Positions 61,701 to 64,000 of a DNA stretch of 64,000 nt are shown here, piece after piece (within the stretch, counting starts at the first letter, position 1; each line of letters begins with the position of its first letter). Where the stretch lies: assembly GCF_045865695.1 (NCBI RefSeq), contig NZ_BAACAP010000234.1, positions 1 to 64,000 of the forward strand, in the 5' to 3' direction. A program made the position numbers and the translations under genes. The DNA is from Scytonema sp. NUACC26 (GTDB lineage: Bacteria > Cyanobacteriota > Cyanobacteriia > Cyanobacteriales > Nostocaceae). Under the pieces are notes generated by a model that was not told the DNA's origin, did not search any database, and saw only the letters and a program-made list of their open reading frames with translations.

Positions 61701-64000
61701 GCATCTGAGGTCACCAGGGTGGCTCGTGAAGTGGGTACGGAAGGTAAACTCGGAGGTCAAGCACAAGTCACTGGTGTTGCGGGAACTTGGAAAGACTTGA
61801 CCGATAATGTGAACTCAATGGCGGGGAACTTAACAGCACAAGTGCGCGGGATTGCGCGAGTTGTGACAGCAGTTGCTAACGGTGACTTGAAACGCAAACT
61901 GATGCTTGATGCTAAGGGGGAAATTGAAACCCTAGCAGAAACCATTAACGAAATGATTGACACCCTAGCAACCTTTGCCAATCAGGTAACTACCGTAGCC
62001 CGTGAAGTGGGGATTGAAGGAAAATTGGGAGGTCAAGCGAAGGTACCTGGTGCGGCTGGTACGTGGAAAGATTTGACAGATAATGTCAATGAACTGGCTG
62101 CAACTCTGACAACTCAGTTAAGAGCGATCGCAGAAGTCGCAACAGCAGTAACGAAAGGTGACTTAACACGTTCGATTTCCGTGGAAGTACTGGGTGAGGT
62201 CGCAATCTTAAAGGACAACATCAACCAGATGATTGCTAACCTGAGAGAAACAACCCAGAAAAACACCGAACAAGACTGGTTGAAGACGAACCTTGCTAAG
62301 TTCACCCGAATGTTACAGGGTCAGCGAGACCTAGAGACAGTTTCCAAGTTAATTCTCTCAGAGTTAGCGCCACTGGTAGGAGCATCTCACGGCGTCTTCT
62401 ATATTATGGATGGCATAGAAGACAATCCATTCTTAAAGCTATTAAGTAGTTATGCTTACCGGGAACGCAAGCACCTTGCCAACCGCTTCCACCTTGGTGA
62501 AGGTTTGGTAGGACAGTGCGCTTTGGAAAAAGAACGCATTCTGCTGACAGAAATACCTTACGATTATATTAAAATTGGTTCTGGGTTGGGAGAAGCAGTG
62601 CCACTCAACGTTGTGGTTTTGCCCGTCCTATTTGAAGGACAAGTCACAGCAGTGATTGAACTGGCATCATTCCGACGCTTCAATGAAATTCACCTGACTT
62701 TCTTTGACCAACTCACCGAAAGCATTGCAATTGTATTAAATACCATTGCAGCTAGTATGCGGACTGAAGAGTTACTCAAGCAATCGCAGTCCTTAGCACA
62801 GGAGTTACAAGCACAGCAAAACGAACTTAGAGAAACAAACAAGCGCTTGGAACAACAAGCCAAAACCCTAAAAGCTTCTGAAGAATTATTGAAGAAGCAG
62901 CAAGAAGAGTTACAACAAACTAACGCTGAACTCGAAGAAAAAGCAGAGTTGTTGGCGTTACAGAACAAAGAAGTCGAGCGTAAAAATCAAGAGATTGAAT
63001 ACGCGAGACGTTCTTTGGAAGAAAAAGCAGAACAACTCGCCCTTTCCTCAAAATACAAATCCGAGTTTTTAGCAAATATGTCCCATGAATTGCGGACGCC
63101 ACTCAATAGCTTGTTAATTTTGGCGAAGCTACTATCAGATAATGTAGGAGGCAATTTAACTGACAAACAAGTCGAGTACAGCCGAACAATTTTCTCCTCT
63201 GGAAATGACTTGTTAGCGTTAATCAACGACATTTTGGATCTAGCGAAAATTGAATCCGGTACTATGTCAATTGATATAGACCAAATGTTGTTTACAGAAT
63301 TGCACCAACATATCGATCGTACCTTCCGGCAAATTGCTGCTGACAAAAACCTTAGTTTCCACATCGAACTTGCTGCTGACCTTCCCAGAAGCATTCATAC
63401 AGATGCCAAACGCTTGCAGCAAGTGCTAAAAAACCTGCTAGCCAACGCATTCAAGTTTACTGAACGTGGAGAAGTCCGCTTGCGGATGTTTGTCGCAACT
63501 CAGGGATGGTCTCACCACCACGAATCTTTAAATCGCGCCCTCACTGTTATCGGCTTTGCTGTTAGCGATACAGGTATTGGCATTGCTAACGAGAAACAAA
63601 AGATAATTTTTGAAGCGTTTCAACAAGCTGATGGCACAACTAGTCGTAAGTATGGCGGTACGGGATTGGGCTTGTCAATTAGCCGAGAAATCACCCGTTT
63701 GTTAGGTGGAGAAATTAAACTGGTTAGCCACTTAGGTGAAGGAAGCACCTTTACGCTTTACTTACCCCAAGCTAGAGGATATGAGGACTCGTTGATATGG
63801 CGACACGGAGACAGAGTTTCTTCATTGTCTCCTTCTGAAATGACTAGTCAATCTCATTCCTCACCGCAAAGCGACTTATCCCATCCTCCTCTCTCCCCAT
63901 CCCCCACTCCCCCCATCCCCCCATCTCCCAACTCCACCCCTTGGGAACTCCCTGATATCCCAACTCCCACTTCTACTTTATCTACTAATCTCAACACTCA
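58749..64000 (+). CDS. Giant poly-HAMP hybrid sensor histidine kinase: about 12 HAMP-linker repeats, then GAF, coiled-coil, HisKA, HATPase_c and a Pro/Ser-rich linker. Partial: it continues past the window end, which is why it is absent from the supplied ORF track.
   Basis: ATG at 58749 follows an in-frame stop at 58710. Repeated ...[65 protein letters not shown]-box [16 protein letters not shown] around 63070. N-box [12 protein letters not shown]-boxes DTGIGIA and [13 protein letters not shown]. All minus-strand ORFs in 59060-63394 are shadows of this gene. Confidence 0.9.
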   Translation, partial: MVTELTTKESDNLDLRQLLKTLSAVKKGDFSARMPIDQTGIAGKIADALNDIIEQNERLTEELQRISNVVGKEGKITERATLGNVRGSWSACVDSVNTLITDLVQPTAETARVIRAVANGDLSQTIAPEIEGRPLKGEFLQTAQMVNTMVGQLNSFASEVTRVAREVGTEGKLGVLAEVKGVAGTWKDLTESVNMMAGNLTAQVRNIAEVTTAVANGDLSKKITVNVKGEILELKNTVNIMVDQLNSFASEVTRVAREVGAEGKLGGQAQVPGVAGTWKDLTDSVNFMAGSLTAQVRNIAEVTTAVANGDLSKKITVDVKGEILELKNTINTMVDQLNSFASEVTRVAREVGTEGKLGVQAEVQGVAGTWKDLTDSVNMMAGNLTGQVRNIAEVATAIANGDLSKKITVDVKGEIYELKNTINIMVDQLSSFASEVTRVAREVGSEGKLGVQADVRGVAGTWKDLTDSVNFMAGSLTAQVRNIAEVTTAVANGDLSKKITVDVRGEILELKNTINTMVDQLNSFAGEVTRVAREVGAEGKLGVQAEVKGVAGTWKDLTDSVNFMAGNLTAQVRNIAEVTTAVANGDLSKKITVDVKGEILELKNTINIMVDQLSSFASEVTRVAREVGTEGKLGVQAEVKGVAGTWKDLTGAVNMMAGNLTDQVRNIAEVATAIANGDLSKKITVQVKGEIYELKNTMNIMVDQLNSFASEVTRVAREVGSEGKLGVQADVRGVAGTWKDLTDSVNFMAGSLTAQVRNIAAVTTAVANGDLSKKITVDVKGEILELKNTINTMVDQLNSFASEVTRVAREVGTEGKLGVQAKVPGIAGTWKDLTDSVNSMAGSLTSQVRNIAEVTTAVANGDLSKKITVDVKGEILELKDTINTMVDQLNSFASEVTRVAREVGTEGKLGAQAYVKGVAGTWKDLTDNVNSMAGNLTAQVRNIAEVTKAVANGDLSKKITVDVRGEILDLKNTINTMVDQLSSFASEVTRVAREVGTEGKLGGQAQVTGVAGTWKDLTDNVNSMAGNLTAQVRGIARVVTAVANGDLKRKLMLDAKGEIETLAETINEMIDTLATFANQVTTVAREVGIEGKLGGQAKVPGAAGTWKDLTDNVNELAATLTTQLRAIAEVATAVTKGDLTRSISVEVLGEVAILKDNINQMIANLRETTQKNTEQDWLKTNLAKFTRMLQGQRDLETVSKLILSELAPLVGASHGVFYIMDGIEDNPFLKLLSSYAYRERKHLANRFHLGEGLVGQCALEKERILLTEIPYDYIKIGSGLGEAVPLNVVVLPVLFEGQVTAVIELASFRRFNEIHLTFFDQLTESIAIVLNTIAASMRTEELLKQSQSLAQELQAQQNELRETNKRLEQQAKTLKASEELLKKQQEELQQTNAELEEKAELLALQNKEVERKNQEIEYARRSLEEKAEQLALSSKYKSEFLANMSHELRTPLNSLLILAKLLSDNVGGNLTDKQVEYSRTIFSSGNDLLALINDILDLAKIESGTMSIDIDQMLFTELHQHIDRTFRQIAADKNLSFHIELAADLPRSIHTDAKRLQQVLKNLLANAFKFTERGEVRLRMFVATQGWSHHHESLNRALTVIGFAVSDTGIGIANEKQKIIFEAFQQADGTTSRKYGGTGLGLSISREITRLLGGEIKLVSHLGEGSTFTLYLPQARGYEDSLIWRHGDRVSSLSPSEMTSQSHSSPQSDLSHPPLSPSPTPPIPPSPNSTPWELPDIPTPTSTLSTNLNT
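59005..62334 (+). repeat. Tandem array of about 12 repeats of 276 bp (92 aa), each encoding one HAMP domain plus a connector, inside the sensor-kinase gene.
   Basis: The GGGACTTGGAAGG phase marker recurs at 59298, 59574, 59850, 60126 and so on to about 62058, with an exact 276-bp period. Units are roughly 85-95% identical to each other. Confidence 0.9.

Noticed and set aside
59060-63394. Eleven minus-strand ORFs (62-141 aa) tiled across the HAMP region.
   Set aside because: They are antisense shadows of the plus-strand poly-HAMP kinase gene. The repetitive, stop-poor sequence keeps the reverse frames open. Their translations ([30 protein letters not shown]...) are low-complexity mirror images of one another.

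Overview
This 64-kb window looks like chromosomal DNA from a filamentous, heterocyst-forming cyanobacterium (Nostocales-like). The evidence is very frequent HIP1 octamers (GCGATCGC) and many STRR heptamer arrays (TCACTGG/CCAGTGA, GGGGATT/GGCGATT) at gene boundaries. About 50 genes are called, mixing housekeeping genes with a heavily rearranged accessory segment.

Housekeeping genes:
- ATP sulfurylase (sat)
- RtcB RNA ligase interrupted by an HNH intein
- gamma-glutamyltranspeptidase
- beta-carbonic anhydrase
- ActP with its DUF485 partner
- MFS transporters, an SDR and a UspA

Accessory segment, roughly 14.9-28.5 kb:
- Tandem tRNA-Met-like elements with encoded CCA, next to a PD-(D/E)xK nuclease-like ORF
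- A higBA toxin-antitoxin module flanked by pseudogene fragments
- A putative three-gene defense cluster: ABC-type ATPase, DUF4435/Toprim protein (a PARIS-like AriA/AriB pair) and a patatin phospholipase with an uncharacterised C-terminal domain
- A two-partner-secretion (FhaB-like) giant exoprotein with an internal tandem duplication
- A ParE/Phd toxin-antitoxin pair

Further notable loci:
- A secreted tyrosinase
- A TAT-exported pseudo-caspase
- A 1535-aa caspase-NACHT-WD40 STAND protein
- A membrane GNAT-GNAT-WD40 protein
- A tailoring-like cluster: HAD, GNAT, ArgJ-family, GH3, MFS, Asp beta-hydroxylase and two paralogous cupins
- MITE-like inverted-repeat elements
- A giant poly-HAMP hybrid sensor kinase, 12 near-identical 276-bp repeats, that runs off the window end and is absent from the ORF track because it has no stop in the window

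No CRISPR array and no rRNA were seen.
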